In this document: piece after piece, positions 26,961-40,933 of the stretch
Numbering within the stretch: the stretch's first letter is position 1
Layout: the number at the start of each line of letters is the position of its first letter
Assembly: GCA_964188305.1 (NCBI GenBank)
Contig: OZ076892.1
Length of the DNA stretch: 64,000 nucleotides
Origin: Podarcis bocagei
Taxonomy: Eukaryota
Direction: 5' to 3' (one strand)
The notes under the pieces: model-generated
What the model was told of the DNA's origin: nothing
Databases searched by the model: none
What the model saw: the letters and a program-made list of their open reading frames with translations, nothing else
Translations under genes and position numbers: made by a program

Positions 26961-27151
26961 CTGGAAGGTCACAATGAGGCTGTGACGCTGCAGGTCTTTG
27001 TGGGGAATGACTCTGGTCGGGTGAAACCTCATGGATTCTATCAGGCCTGCAGGGTTACAGGACGAAACACCACACCCTGCAAAGAAGTTGACATAGAGGG
27101 TACCACCGTCATTGAGGTGGGCTTGGATCCAAACAACAACATGACCCTGGC
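26961..27151 (+). CDS. NFAT5: NFAT5 coding exon, RHD ([64 protein letters not shown])
   Basis: ttgtag acceptor, GC|gtaagt donor, 191 nt. Translated by hand; not in the ORF track on this strand. Confidence 0.96.
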
Positions 27152-27541
27152 GTAAGTCACTGTTTTTCATTGTACTATTTCTGGGTCTCAGTGATTCTGT
27201 AGCAGCATATTTCCTGCTTTGGATTACCTGACAATTTAAGGTCCCTTTCAGCTCTTTATGATTCTGTATCTACTCAGATCAGGCATTTTGAATTGCAATA
27301 AAAGGCAGTAAATCTGGGAACTACTTGAATACACTTAAATTATTTCCTGTACATTGGCCCCAATCTAGAGATCTTGGGATTCTGGTCTGCACAAAATGCA
27401 TGTAAGCGGACACTTTTGTGTCAGAACGCTAATATGTACAGCATTTCAGTGCATGTAACATCTCCTACTGCTGAAGTTAATGGGGCAGCCCCAGCTTGCC
27501 TAGAAATCTGTGAATGTGGAGGAGCCTTTCATGTACCAATA

Positions 27542-27767
27542 CAGTGGTACCTCTGGTTACGAACTTAATTCATTCCGGAGGTCCATTCTTAACCTGAAAC
27601 TGTTCTTAACCTGAGGTACCACTTTAGCTAATGGAGCCTCCTGTTGCTGCTGCGCCGGTGGCGTGCAATTTCTGTTCTCATCCTGAGGTAAAGTTCTTAA
27701 CCCGAGGTACTAATTCCAGGTTAGTGGAGTCTGTAACCCGAAGTGTTTGTAACCCAAGGTACCACTG
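27542..27767. mobile_element. Tc1/mariner (Tigger-like) MITE
   Basis: TA TSD; TIR CAGTGGTACCT; subterminal TTAACC(T/C)GAGGTAC repeats. Confidence 0.88.
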
Positions 27768-30472
27768 TACATCTTAACAGTTGAATTGGACTACTTACCA
27801 GCATGTTGGATGCTAAAAGATAGGCAGTCTGCCCCCTCCTTTGCTTAGGCTGACACATTGTATACAATGAAAACCTTTAAGACCATGTATATAAATATAA
27901 TGTTCATAAAGCATTTTAGATACGTGGAAATAAGATGAAGAGAATACAAGGCATATTATTCCGAACTCTTAGATCCTTCTTTTTAAAAACGACAACAAAT
28001 AACTGATTGGCAAAAGTGACATTGTAGAGACTCTTCTGGAAAATGCAGCTCTCCCCACTTTTCAATGTCTTGTGGGGTGTTTTTCTTTTGACAGCTGTAA
28101 GACAAGGTAGGTGGAAGGCAGAACTAAACTATGCCTCCCCAGTTAACACTGTGAAAGCTGCCAGTGAACTGGTGGCAAGGCTAGGTGAATGCATCAGCTG
28201 TGCTCTTGTCAAAATGCTCTTAACTGGGCTGCTATCTGAAACTAGCAGAGTTTTGTAAGATGAAGTGCTCTCACAGTGCTGGCTCAGTAGCGGTGACTCT
28301 GCTGATGAAATAAACAATGCTGTCTTTCAGTGAGCACAAAGCTCTTATAAACTGTCTGCCATGTGGAGCTTTATGTGTGTGCACTAGGAAGTTTTGTATT
28401 GCTTGTGACTTGGTCAATCTCAGCTTCCATAATGGGATCTGTATTTTGACTCCCTCCCTAAAATGGATCAACCTTTTAATTTAAAAGTTATTGTGGTCTA
28501 TTGATGGGATATAATAGTGTACTAAGATGAGACCAGATCATTCCTCACCTGTTGGTCCATGTAGCTGGTTTTGAGCTAGGCCTCATCTGTTGAATTGTCT
28601 GAAGTGGGAAGAATTGAGACCTATATTACATGATCCTTTTTGTGAAGACCAGTTAGTTAAAGATTTGCCATTTCTTGCTTTGATCATGGGTAGGGCTGGA
28701 TGGGGGGGCAGTATCAATGAATAAACCTGCAGTTTAAACTCCATGTTTATTTTTACATAGCTGCTGTGGCCCATAGACTAGAGGCAAGTGACACAAATTT
28801 TTTGTCCAATTTGATTCACATGTCAGTGCAAAGCATTTCCCCCCTTTTTGCTTGGGCTTTTGCCCCTTAGTTCGAAGGATTTCTGGCCTCTTGTGGGTGG
28901 GGGGCAGGATCTGGACCTGTCTTTTATTTGTATAAATGTGAGTTTTTTTATTGATGTGATTATTTTTATTGGTTTAGTATTTCTGTTCATGTTCACTTTG
29001 AGCCATTTTAATGAGTAAAGTGACTAATAAATATTATTAATAATAATGTCGGCGTCATAGTGTAGCTTGAATTTTTTCAAGTATCTGGTGAATAAGAAGT
29101 ACAGCAGCTTTGTACTTCCCTCTACAGCATTTGAAATAAATTTTCTGCGGCCATCTTTCTCCTTACTGGGTGGGGGAGTTGGGTGGGGAAAATGCAGAAT
29201 GGATATTCTGGGAACCAGAGAGAATAATTTGAATTGAAAAACTTTTTCGCTTCATTGATGAACTGATTTCTTAGTTCATTGTTTTCTCTGTTTGCTTTAT
29301 GCAAGCGAGAGATGCAAAAGAGTCTCAGAATAGTGACTGGTTGCTCTAGTGATGAGCACTCAGCCAGCCAGCATAATTGGGTTGTCCAGATTCATTGCTC
29401 TTCCTTGTCTGCCACCAAATCTGATCTGTGAGCTACTGATGCCTCAGCTGAATCTGAAGTGCTACTGCCATCTTTTGCTTTTCTGTAAAGATGCTATTTT
29501 CCCCTCTGGTATATTTGAATGCATTAGCCAACTCTCTCTGAATATTTAGGATGAATGCATTTTATAACAAATGTTATGGGGAGGTAGCATTTAAGTGGTT
29601 ATTTTAGTTTCTGAAAAAAGATATTTTGGAAGTATTTGGCCATAATACAAATTGCTTATTTTGGCCATTGCTGAGGATTCTTGGGTCATGGCTCTTGTTT
29701 TTATTTGTGCCAGTTGCATGACAAAGCTTAAAATTATTTCTATTTTCAAACTATTGTACCAAAGAAATTTGTGTATAGGTTTAAGAACCCACCTGCAGCT
29801 GTTCTTTGTTAGAGGCACATTGCATGGAAGCCAAATAAACTTTGCCTAAAGCAGCCTCTTTTGGATTTCACACTTCCGTAGTTAAGATTAATTTTTTTTA
29901 AAAAAAAATGTATATCACCCTTCAGCCAAAGATTACAGGGCAGTTCGCAGCATAAAAATAGAAATTGAAAACACAAAATACATAATAAAAACAAAAACAA
30001 AAAACCAATACCCCCCTTCTCAGAAACACATTTAAAAGAACATTTTAGCTACATTGAATAATATGCAAAGTGATTGCTTGCCATCCTCTCAACACACCTA
30101 GTAGGCAAGCTGCTGTGCCCCCTTTTTATGGGAGAGATGGAGAGAGACTGAAAATGAATTTCCCAAAGCCAGCAAGTGACTGTTTGCCTTAGCAGAGGTA
30201 TTAGCACACACCCCTCTCCAATTTAAGGATTGCTCTTTTGACAGTAGCTGTTGCTGCAGAGCTTGGAGGTGAGGGAGCTTTTTGTGGCTTCCATCATCTT
30301 TGCAGCTGTAGAGGCACATGCATCTGTAGTGTTTATATGGGCAACTCTCGCTTGGGTTAAATACCCATGTGCCTGGAGACCTAGGAAGCTTGCTGTTTTA
30401 CATACCTTGGCAAAACTTAAGTGGCCTCTTTGAAAGCAAGTTGGGTAGGTAACTTTAATCTTGTGTTGCTAG

Positions 30473-30645
30473 GGTGGACTGTGTTGGAATACTGAAACTG
30501 AGAAATGCAGATGTTGAAGCTCGAATAGGCATCGCTGGCTCCAAGAAAAAAAGCACTCGGGCCAGGCTAGTGTTCCGTGTTAACATCACTCGGAAGGATG
30601 GTTCCATTCTGACCCTGCAGACGCCGTCCTCACCAATTCTGTGCA
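30473..30645 (+). CDS. NFAT5: NFAT5 coding exon, RHD ([19 protein letters not shown]...TPSSPILC)
   Basis: gctag acceptor, TGCA|gtaagt donor, 173 nt. Confidence 0.96.
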
Positions 30646-31687
30646 GTAAGTTGTAAAGTCAAACTCTGAGTCCCATCTTGCTGGGGCTTTGGGTCTCCTG
30701 TTAATTCAGTTGCCCTGCATTTCATTTTCTGCTTTAATAACAAAATAGAATGAACAACCTAAATAAACCAAATAAATTGCCTAGACCTTAGCTTTCATGT
30801 GTGTCTGTGTTGCTAGGAGTCCTCATGCTGCTTTAAATGAAATTACTTTTTCTGTGTAGGCTTATAGCATATCTAATTGGTTCCCTCATTGATCTATTTT
30901 CAGTGTTAACCAAAACTTGGGTGTAGGGGATCTGGCCTACATCCAAATTAACAGTGTGCCCTGTCAATCCACCAAGCAGTGCACATAGTTGGAATAGGAG
31001 TGTGTGTGTGGCATGTATCATAGGACTTTGGCAAAGGAAAATTACTGTTTCTAGCCTGAGATAGCCTGCTTCTGTGGTTTGAATTATTTGTTGCTGGCTT
31101 GAGGCTTAAAACTACAGTTGTGTTTAAAATGCCAACTTTTTGCATCTGGGCAAAATGACTAACTTTTGTGTAATATTGATATAAAGCTTATTTGTATTTG
31201 GAAACTTGCTGAAGACTGTATGTACATGTCCAGCCAATTGTAATGGACCTTGTTGTGAGACAAATTTTAAAGGCCTCTAAGATGTTGTATATGACAGTTG
31301 GTTGATTTTTGAAACTCCTTGCACTAGCCCATTTATAAAAGAGAGAACTAGTGCTATTTTACTTCAGTGTTACCTAGGGGGGAAATGCTATGATGAACAC
31401 ATTCTGGTAGACTACAGTCATGTGCCAATTCCTAGGAGAGTTGCCCTGTGCTTTTCTCTGATGAATTAAAGGATGGGCATGCTTTGCTACACCCAAGCAG
31501 AATCTCTGTAAGTTCTGCTTTTCTATATGCCATGCAAGCCAAATGACCAGTTCCAGATTGAGACCTTGGGAGATGATGCCAACTTTTTGCATGTTGTCAG
31601 TTAAACCACTTAGAAGCCCATTTTGGCATTAAGTTGCAGGTGTGGGGGTGTATATAATAAATATCCCATCTCTTTTTCAATTTGTAG

Positions 31688-31822
31688 CTCAGCCAGCTGG
31701 TGTACCAGAGATTCTAAAGAAAAGCCTGCACAGTTGTTCTGTGAAGGGAGAAGAGGAAGTCTTTTTAATTGGCAAGAACTTTCTGAAGGGAACAAAAGTG
31801 ATCTTTCAAGAGAATATGTCTG
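31688..31822 (+). CDS. NFAT5: NFAT5 coding exon, IPT domain ([45 protein letters not shown])
   Basis: ttgtag acceptor, TG|gtgaga donor, 135 nt. Confidence 0.96.
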
Positions 31823-32016
31823 GTGAGAACTATACATACATACTCAGGCTGAGAATGGAGGTGAGGGGTGGGGAGACCATTGTGGATGGAGTTGGGCTAA
31901 TGACTGCCTCTGCAGGTAGCCAAGGAGGTAGGTGGTTCCTGTGACCAGCTTCCCTGACAATGAATAAACTTAGCTGAGCTTGTGCAGTAATTCTACTCTC
32001 TTTTGCTTTCAAACAG

Positions 32017-32069
32017 ATGAAAACTCTTGGAAAGGGGAAGCAGAAATTGACATGGAGCTGTTTCATCAG
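32017..32069 (+). CDS. NFAT5: NFAT5 coding exon ([18 protein letters not shown])
   Basis: aaacag acceptor, CAG|gtacat donor, 53 nt; phases fit both neighbours. Confidence 0.94.
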
Positions 32070-32574
32070 GTACATGCTTTTTAAAAATGCACAGAAATCC
32101 AGATATAAAATCTTCCTTGTTCATAGTTGGGATACAGTTGTTCATTTATGCCTGAGGAATTGCTAAAGAATTTTCCTCTTATATATTTGGAAGGGAGGAT
32201 TTAGAAAGCATATATGAAGTTGAAATACGAGTTCCAAGCACTTTATGCCCAAGTTAAAAAAGGTAAATTTGCTACAAAAGCTGCCTTCATGTGGCTTATT
32301 TTTTTGTCAAACAATCATATGTCCAACAAACTGGATCAATCTTCATGGACAGATATTTTGACATAAATAGTATCTGGCAGGGTCACCTTTTTGTGTGTGT
32401 ACAAATAGTTTGCACAAAGTTGTCATTTCTTCTCTTACTCCCTACTCCTTAAACCCGAGCTGCAAGACTGTGGTACATTTCACATTTTTTCACAACCTAA
32501 GCAGTCTCTCCTCTTTTGTGTAGTGGTAGCCATTGCAGCCTTTAAGCATAGAGATTATGTGAGTGAGCACTATA

Positions 32575-32797
32575 CAGTGGTGCCTCGCAAGACGAAAAGA
32601 ATTCGTTCCGCGAGTCTTTTCGTCTTGCGATGTTTTTCGTCTTGCGAAGCATGGTCCGTCACAACTGCGCCTCTTCAAGTGGCTTAAAAAAAAAAGCGCA
32701 AGGGAAATTCGTCTAGTGAAGCAACGCAAAACCGAAAAACCCTTTTGTCTAGCGAGTTTTTCGTCTTGCGAGGCATTCGTCTTGCGGGGCACCACTG
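32575..32797. mobile_element. Young Tc1/mariner (Tigger-like) MITE
   Basis: TA TSD; 22-bp TIR CAGTGGTGCC(T/C)CGCAAGACGAA with one mismatch; internal TTCGTCTTGCGA repeats; CpGs intact. Confidence 0.92.
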
Positions 32798-34608
32798 TAC
32801 TTGTTCTGTTTATCAGGGCAATTTCTTTCTTCAATTCCCGCCTCTGCCCTGCTTGTGAGATACAGAACAGCAAAGGTTCCTGTGCAAGCAGCAATCAGTC
32901 ATTCCTCTTCTAGGTGTGCTGACCCTCATTTTGGAAGTAGGATGATCAAAAATTGGCTTTTGTGCAGCTGCTACCATAAGGACTGCCATAAATAATGGTT
33001 AACTCTCTTCTAGTCTTCTAATGATGGGAATCCAAACCCAAATCCATTGTTGCACTAGGGTTAAATATGCATTAATTATCTCTTCCTTCAAGAAATCTTA
33101 CTGTCACCAAAACATTTTGAATCTGTAAAGTTAGAATCTTAATATCTTCTCTCCTTTTACAATGCTACTTTATGGATTCAAAATGATTTGGTGATTATCA
33201 TTTCTTGAATTAATGGAGGATAAGCCTATCAATGGGTACCACCTATGATGGGTGTTTACTTCTTTCACTATCAGAGGCAGTATGCCTCTTGACTACCAGT
33301 TGTTGGAGAAGGTGGTTGGTGAAAGTACTGTTTCTTTTATTTAGTTAGAAAATTTACAAATTGCTTGATCAAAGTTTTTTCCAGGTGGTATACAAATAAA
33401 ATTATATATAAAGCATGGTTAATATCCACAAACCAATAAAAACAAATATACATAATACCATCATTAATTAAAAACAAAGATAAAATTGTTGAAACCTTTT
33501 TTTTTTAAAAAAGGTAACCATATAACATGTTTTTTGTGCTCATGCCCTGCTTCCCATGGAGGCATCTGATTGGCCACTGTGAGAACAGGCCGCTGGACTA
33601 GTTGAGTCAATGTCTGATCCAGCAAGGTGGTGATTATGTTTTTAAGAATCTAGGGTAAATACAGTTGAGAGTGGAAAAATATCTAGAGCAACCTTTCTCA
33701 ACCTTGGGTCCCCAGATGTTGTTTGACTACAACTCCCATCATCCCTAGCTACCAGGACCAAACAGACCAAGTTACTATTAATTATTTCTATAAGATTCTG
33801 TGATGATAAAGTACCCAAATAAAGATATCATTACTTTTCTATTTTGCATATATGTCATATGCTATTTACTACTTAAAAACAGAATATTTCTGTTTTCCCA
33901 ATATTTCTGGCTATGATTTAATTTTATAACCTGCTGTTATCATGGATCATAAATTGAGCTTAGGTTTTTGTTGGGTGAGGAAATTATTTCAGATTTAGTC
34001 ACAAATAATGCAGATAAACTGCTGGGTATTATGTCTCCCTCCCCATCCCCAGCAAAGTTATCTATAGAATTTCATATCACAATATGTGGTAATGGCTGTC
34101 AACTTTGACAGCTTTAAAAGGAGGTTAGACAAATTAATGGAGAATAAGGTTATTTGTGGCTACATACTACCTCTGGTCTGCTTCTGAATACTACTAGTTG
34201 CTGCTGAACCTCAAAATCATCTCCCTGTAGTTATTTCATTGCTGCCACTGCACAACCTAAGTCCCTGACTGGCATTTTGGTGGATGAGCAGTGGAAGCTA
34301 TAGCAAAGCAAAACAAGGAAACAGTGACTTGCTGTTTATGTGCAGGTGTTCTGAAATTAAGAAGCTTGTAATAGCAGAGATAGGAAGATTATGTTGAGTA
34401 AAGACTTTTCTCCTGTGTGCTCTCGCTACTGATAGGTATGTTCAAGAGATTCAGCTTTACAATTTGTAGCTGGGTAGATTTCCCAGCAGATCCTTGGTAC
34501 CTCCAATGCAATCTTTACTTCTTATGATTAGGTCTTGTACTGTTAGTCTGTGAAGATATAAGTTGGTAAGGTGTCTGCTCTAACAAACTTCTTTTTTTTT
34601 GGATTTAG

Positions 34609-34741
34609 AATCATCTAATTGTGAAGGTGCCGCCATATCACGACCAGCAAATAACTGCCCCGGTTTCTGTGGGGATCTATGTGGTGACCAATGCTGGAAG
34701 ATCACATGACATACAGCCATTTACTTACACTCCTGATACAT
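34609..34741 (+). CDS. NFAT5: NFAT5 coding exon, IPT ([44 protein letters not shown])
   Basis: atttag acceptor, ACAT|gtatgt donor, 133 nt. Confidence 0.95.
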
Positions 34742-35135
34742 GTATGTTGAAAATGATGAAGCTGTAGAGATGGCCCTTGGCAAATACTTCTGCATAGTTT
34801 TTCTTGTATTTAATTGTTATATCTTTGGAAGAGGCTGAGGAAGAAAGCAAGACTGTTGGGTGGGCAACACCTCTTGCACTACTTGACCTGATAGCTGCAC
34901 ACCAGGGACTTGCTCTCATTCTTTGAAGAGAGCCTGTCTCTCTGAAGCTTGAAGGGTTTATGGGAGGAAGATGAGTTTGGGGCTACACCGTATTACAAAG
35001 ATCTGAGTTAAGGTCTCCCCCACCACTGCGCACATGAAAATAGAGATAAACTTTTAAAATGTACCTTTCACCTTACGGGGGAACACTTTGCTTTACATCT
35101 GTTCTGAAAGTCAGCAGTGTCTTTTGCATTTGCAG

Positions 35136-35213
35136 CTGGTACCCTGAATGTGAACGTGAAGCAGGAAATACCCAGTCCAACCCAGCCTTGCTCTTTTGAT
35201 GATGCTATCAAAG
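35136..35213 (+). CDS. NFAT5: NFAT5 coding exon ([26 protein letters not shown])
   Basis: ttgcag acceptor, AAG|gtatct donor, 78 nt. Contains a VKQE SUMO-type motif. Confidence 0.9.
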
Positions 35214-37280
35214 GTATCTAATTCTTAGCAGTGGTATTAATCTCTTTGAGTTCTAACTTACACCAATTTTCTGCAGACCTTTCAGAGAGATTTTCGTAAG
35301 AGCTTTATTGTGATCACAAATTAAGAGTGTAGTCCTTTGCATGTCAACTCAGAAGTAAGTCGCTTTGAGCTCATAGGGGCTTACTCCTAAGTAAGTGTGC
35401 ATATGATTGCAGCCTAAGACTCCTGGTCGCAGAGACAGTGGTATATGCTGGGGCTTTAATCTTGCAATTACTCTAGTGTTGCTGTTTCTAATACATATTA
35501 ATTCCACAAGTGGTTAAAAATCCTGACTAAACATGAAGTTAGTGCAGATAACTTGCTAAACTGTTTCATGAAAATGTTGACCTAAGAGTTGTATTGCTAG
35601 TGCAAAGCTCACCACTCAAATAAAAATAGAGAATAAATTATTCATAGTACTTGCCTTGCAGTTGTCTTTACTACTCTGTGTGTACTATAGTGGCAGGCCC
35701 TGTTGGTTTGTGTGCTCTTAACTAAGTGAATTGTTTGCTGAAGCTAATTAAGTTTCAGAAGCTGCTCAAGAGCATGTGTTTTTGAAGCAAAGCAGCATAA
35801 ATAGTAAGGTCATGAGTTTGTCAGGCTTCCAGGGCTGCAGCTGGAAAAGATTCAGCATAGCTGTTCTGGAATGTTTCCAACTCACTAGGAACAGGAGATG
35901 TTCTCATACATTCACTGATTATTTGTCGATTTAGCTCAGCAGTTTCTACATTGATTGGCAGCAGTTCTTCAGAGTCACAGACGGGATTCTTTCCCAGTCC
36001 TACCTAGAGATGGTGGGGATTAGACCTGGGACCTTCTGCATGCAGAGCAGCTACCATTGAATTTATGACACTTCTCCAATCTTGGCTTCAATTTTACATT
36101 TGAGTGTTTCCCATTCGGCTTGTTGTATGTGTAGGGCATATTCGTTCTTTCTCCAGAACTAATTTATGTATTGACCAGTATAATTGTGTGACTTGGCCTA
36201 CATGAAGTGTGTGATGATAAATGTGGCAGTGTTGTACTTAGTTTGTTCTTCATTATGCTTTGAGTCAAATATTTCACCCACTTTTCTGTGTGCAGGATTA
36301 TGTTTTTGATCCAAATTCATCCCTTCTCCTTTCCTTGTATCAGCCTGGAATTCTTGCAGTTAATTACATATGCTTCATCAGTCACAGTGAAATGCTGATG
36401 CCATTTGGCTCAAACAACTGGTGCTCATCACTTGCAGGCTTGTACAAGTTGTTTGTTGGATTATTTCCATAGAAAACTATTCTTCAGCTGATAAAAGACA
36501 CTTGCAAATTACTGCTATTTCCTTCATGCCCTTATTTTATTATTTTCACCTTTACTTAAAACCCTTAAAATAAGCAAGAAGTTGAACATTTGATGTGTTC
36601 TGGCAAAAGCTGATGCAATTTGAAAGAACAGAATGGGGAAACTTGGTGGCTTGCAAATGGATGGCCAACATCAGAGATCAGGGTGATTTTTCCTGTAATA
36701 ACAACTTTATGGCTCTTCAGAAGATGAGCTGTCGCTCAGTGGTAGACCATCTGATTTGTATACAGAAGGTCCCAGTTTCAATCCTTGTCACCTCTAGGTA
36801 GCGCTTGGAAAGTTTACTGTCTGAAACCCTGGAAAACCATTAGTAAAGCTAAAGTACTGTAAATGGACTAATGGTCTCACTCTGTATAAGGCAACTTCCT
36901 AGATCCCTGTTTGGTAAGGAGAGCTGAAAGCATCAAGATTACTCTTTCCATCAAATTACTCACAAAACAACCTTGTAGCATCTTAAAGATGAACACACTT
37001 ACTGTGGAATAATGGGCTTGAGATCACTTTGTCAAATGTGAGTTGCCACATGGCCTTGTATTTGTTGTAGCATACTAGTATAGTCCTTGCCATATAGGGA
37101 CTTATTTTACCAGATGTATTACCCTCTCTGTGGCAGTGCTATGTATTCAGATGCTTGTTGCTGTTTACAACCTAATTTCTGGAGAGTGGAGGGGTAGCCC
37201 TAGCAACCAGTCCTCTTATTCTCAGCCCCTGTGGCTATCCTTCAGGACACCAGTAAGACTGTGTTTGTTCTCTGCTGCAG

Positions 37281-37426
37281 TGAACACCAGTAGCTGTAAC
37301 CTGGACAAGGTAAATATTCTTCCCAGTGCCTTGATAACGCCACTCAGGCCAAACATTGTGATCAAGAGTGAAGAGGCTGCTCCCATGGCACTTACAGCTG
37401 AAAAAAGGCCTCCTCCAGTCTTTAAG
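37281..37426 (+). CDS. NFAT5: NFAT5 coding exon (VNTSSCNLDKVNILPSALITP...EKRPPPVFK)
   Basis: ctgcag acceptor, AAG|gtaagt donor, 146 nt. Confidence 0.92.
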
Positions 37427-38520
37427 GTAAGTGGTGGCATAGAGAGCTGGTGATGGGGGGGGGGGGTCTGCAAAACTTTTATTTGACAAAACTTTTATTA
37501 AAAGATCAACTCTACCCCTCAAGTTAATGATCTTTCAGACACGAGCTTTCCTCTTCCCACTGCTCTCTGAGCCCAAGAGTGTCTGGATTATCATTTTGCT
37601 AAATGCATACCATGCTGAGTGCTGAATGGTTGGTAAAACAGCATCCACCACAGCCTTCTTTTGCAGCCTAACTTGTTGCAGCTGAAACAAGATGTGGTGT
37701 GGGTCTTCCATTGAGTGCTTTATTTTGATGTTGAACCAGTCAATTTCACCCTTTCTGACAAAGATAATCAGATTCCTGATTCAGGGATTTGATATCTTTT
37801 TCTTGGGCTCTCTTGATTTTATTGTGATCAACTACAAATCTGTGGTGAGCTGTGGTGAGCTGGTCAACAGCATATCTAATGCCCTGCATAGCAAAATTAT
37901 TTATTTCTAATATGTTGTACTCTGTCTTTTTATTCAAAGTGGAAGGTGTACTTGATTTTTCTATTGCCAGTTCATAACTTCCATCATTTCCACCTTGGCT
38001 ATTATTCATTTCTATCAGCCCAAAAAATTATTTCATTTGATGGTATTGAAGCATCCTGCTTACTTCTCTGCTTATATTTAGTAAGCCGCCTTCTTGCTGC
38101 TTGTGCTTTTTAAATTGTCCATAATGCAGGTTCATATATAACTGCAAGTACTTGGCAATCATTTTTTATGATATTCAATTTTACACACATTTTTACATAT
38201 TTTTATAAGAAGCTAAAAATTATGGGAAGTTGTACAAAAACAAAAGGTCAATATTTTATGTAGTTAGTTGCCAAGTAAAACTAAATCATATTAATTTAAT
38301 CAAAATATCTTTTGAATTTCCAAGTCATTTTACAACTTTTTAGCACCCCTCATTTTTGGAATTTGTAAGTTGAAAAATTCAACATGCCTTAATGGGATAG
38401 GGATCCAATGTTGCAGTTGGTGTGGTTTAAATGTTAAACAGTTTTCAGAGTGTTGTTTCATTGAGGCACCATGCAAGCTTATGATTGTTCTGTCTTATTA
38501 CTGTGTGCTTTCCCCCTCAG

Positions 38521-40933
38521 GCAACAAGTGTAGTTGGACCACCCCAAGCCACATTGGAAACCAACATGTCCAGTATATTGGGCAATGGCACTTTCTCCTC
38601 TTCTGCTTCTCACTTAGCACCAGAGAGTGAAAATCAGCAGCTGCAGCCAAAGGTATATACTCCAGAGGCAATGCCCTCCCTCCAGGCACAGGACCTTGCC
38701 CAGCCTGGCAGCTTCCCTGCAGGTTCTGGTCCCAATCAGCTGCAAAACAGTGACACCTTGTTGCAGCAGGCATCCCAGTTCCCCACCAGGGAGTCCCAGC
38801 CGAGAGAGGTGTTGCAGCCAGACAGTGCAGTCATGACTTTGTCTCAGTTGACAGAGGTGTCCCAGCAGCAGTCACCACTCCAGGAATCGGCACAAGTGTT
38901 GCAGCAGCAGATGTCGTCAAACCTTTTCTCATCGGCCAGCAGTGTGAGTCAGCTGCAGAACACAATTCAACAACTGCAAGCAGGGAACTTTCAGTCTAGC
39001 ACTGCCAGCAGCAACCATGGAAGTGTAGATTTGGTCCAGCAGGTCCTGGAAGCCCAGCAGCAGCTGTCTTCTGTCTTGTTCTCTGGGTCTGACAATGAGG
39101 ATGTTCAAGAGCAAATCAATGTAGAGATTTTTCAGCAGGTTAGCCAGATCCAAAATGGAGTCAGCCAAGGGATGTTTTCCTCCTCTGACACTGTCCAGTC
39201 AAGGGCTGAGGACCTTCTCTCTGGGAGAAGTGAGAATGTCCATCCACAACCTGAAAGTTCTTTGTCCAGCCAGCAGCAGCAACAGCAGCAGCAGCAGCAG
39301 CAACAGCAAGCAATGGAGACTTCTGCAGCTATGGTGATTGAGATTCAGCAAGGCCTCTGCCAGGCAGCAAGTCAGATGCAGGCTGACATGTTCTCAACCT
39401 CCTCTTCGGGAAATAGAAACATCCAGCAGTCCCCAGTGTACCAACAAACTTCTCACCTGATGGGTGCACTGACAACAAATGAAGACATACAGATGCAGTG
39501 TGAGCTATTCTCACCCACCAGTGTTTCTGGTAATGAAGCTGGTACTCCATCGCAGCAGCAGCAGCAACAGCAACAGCAGCAGCAAGTGGTGCCTGCCAAC
39601 GGCCCTTCCATGTTTCAGTCTTCTGGCTCTGCCGAAGGTGAAGAAGCTCCAGGTCAGACCAAACAGATGCAGAACAATGTATTTCAAGCTATGGTTCAAA
39701 TGCAGCACAGCGGGGAGAACCAGGCGCAGGTCAGCCTCTTCTCCTCAGAAAGCATGATGGCCGTTCAGGACAACGGAACACAGCAGCAAACCGGGAGCCT
39801 CTTTCAGCAGAGTGGGGAGTTGATGTCTCTCCAGTCTGGAAGCTTCTTGCAGCAGGCTCCCCATTCACAGGCTCAGCTTTTTCACTCACAGAGCCCTATT
39901 GGGGATGCTCAGAACATCTCGCAGGAGACCCAAAGTTCTCTCTTCCACAGCCAGAGCTCTGCCTCTTCCTCAGAGCAGCTGCAGCCTCCAATGTTCCACT
40001 CCCAGAGTCCCATGGGTGTGGTTCAGGACCAGCAGGCAAGCAACCTATTCCTTCCCCAGAGCTCAGTTGCACAGGAGGAACAGATGCCCTTCTTTGCCAC
40101 ACAGAATTCCATTTCTCCACTGCAGACATCTGCCAATGCTGAGCAGCAGTCGACATTCCAGCAGCAGCAGGCTCAGCTCTCACATCTCCAGAGCCCTATG
40201 CTTGCCCAAGAGCAGTCCCAGCAACAACAGCAGAGCATGTTCCAATCACAGGTGCCCCAAAACCAGCAAGGAGCCATGTTCCAACCACAGCATTCTATGG
40301 TGGCTCTTCAGAACAGCACACCCTCCCAAGAGCAGCAGCAGCAGAATTTGAGGTTCAGCAATCAGAATTCCATGGGTCCTATGACATCTCAGAAGCAGAA
40401 CATGATGTACAACCCAAACCCTAACCCAATGGCCAGCCAGGAGCAGCAGCAGCAGCATCAACAACAACAACAACAACAAAGCCAGTCTCTCTTCCACCCA
40501 CAAAGCAGCATGGCACCAATGAATCAGGATCAGCAACCCATGCAGTTTCAGAACCAGAGCCCAGGCTCTAATCAAGCTGAGTCACAGCAGCAGCCTGCCT
40601 TATTCCACAACTCACCCCAGATCCAGCTAGTCCAAGGATCCTCCAGCTCTCAGGAGCAACCTGTCACCCTCTTCATATCATCGACTTCCATGTCTGCCTT
40701 GCAAAACAGCATGAACCAGCAAGAGTTGCAGCAGCCCCCCCTCTACTCTTCACCAAACAATATGGCTGGCATCCAGGGAGCTTCTTCACCCCCGCAGCAG
40801 CAGCAGCAGCAGCAGCAGCAGGCGGCTGCTTTGTTCCATAACACACCTGGGAGTGGTTCCATGAACCAGCTGCAGAACTCCTCTGCTTCATCTCGGCAGA
40901 CCTCTGGAATATTCCTGTTTGGCATCCAAGATA
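38521..40933 (+). CDS. NFAT5: NFAT5 large exon, Gln-rich transactivation / low-complexity region
   Basis: ccctcag acceptor, GATA|gtaagt donor, 2413 nt within ORF 38485..40968; several polyQ tracts. Confidence 0.96.

Noticed and set aside
32575-32797. Spaced TTCGTCTTGCGA repeats suggesting a CRISPR-like array
   Set aside because: Subterminal repeats of a TA-flanked Tigger-like MITE in a vertebrate intron; spacing is irregular and there are no cas genes.
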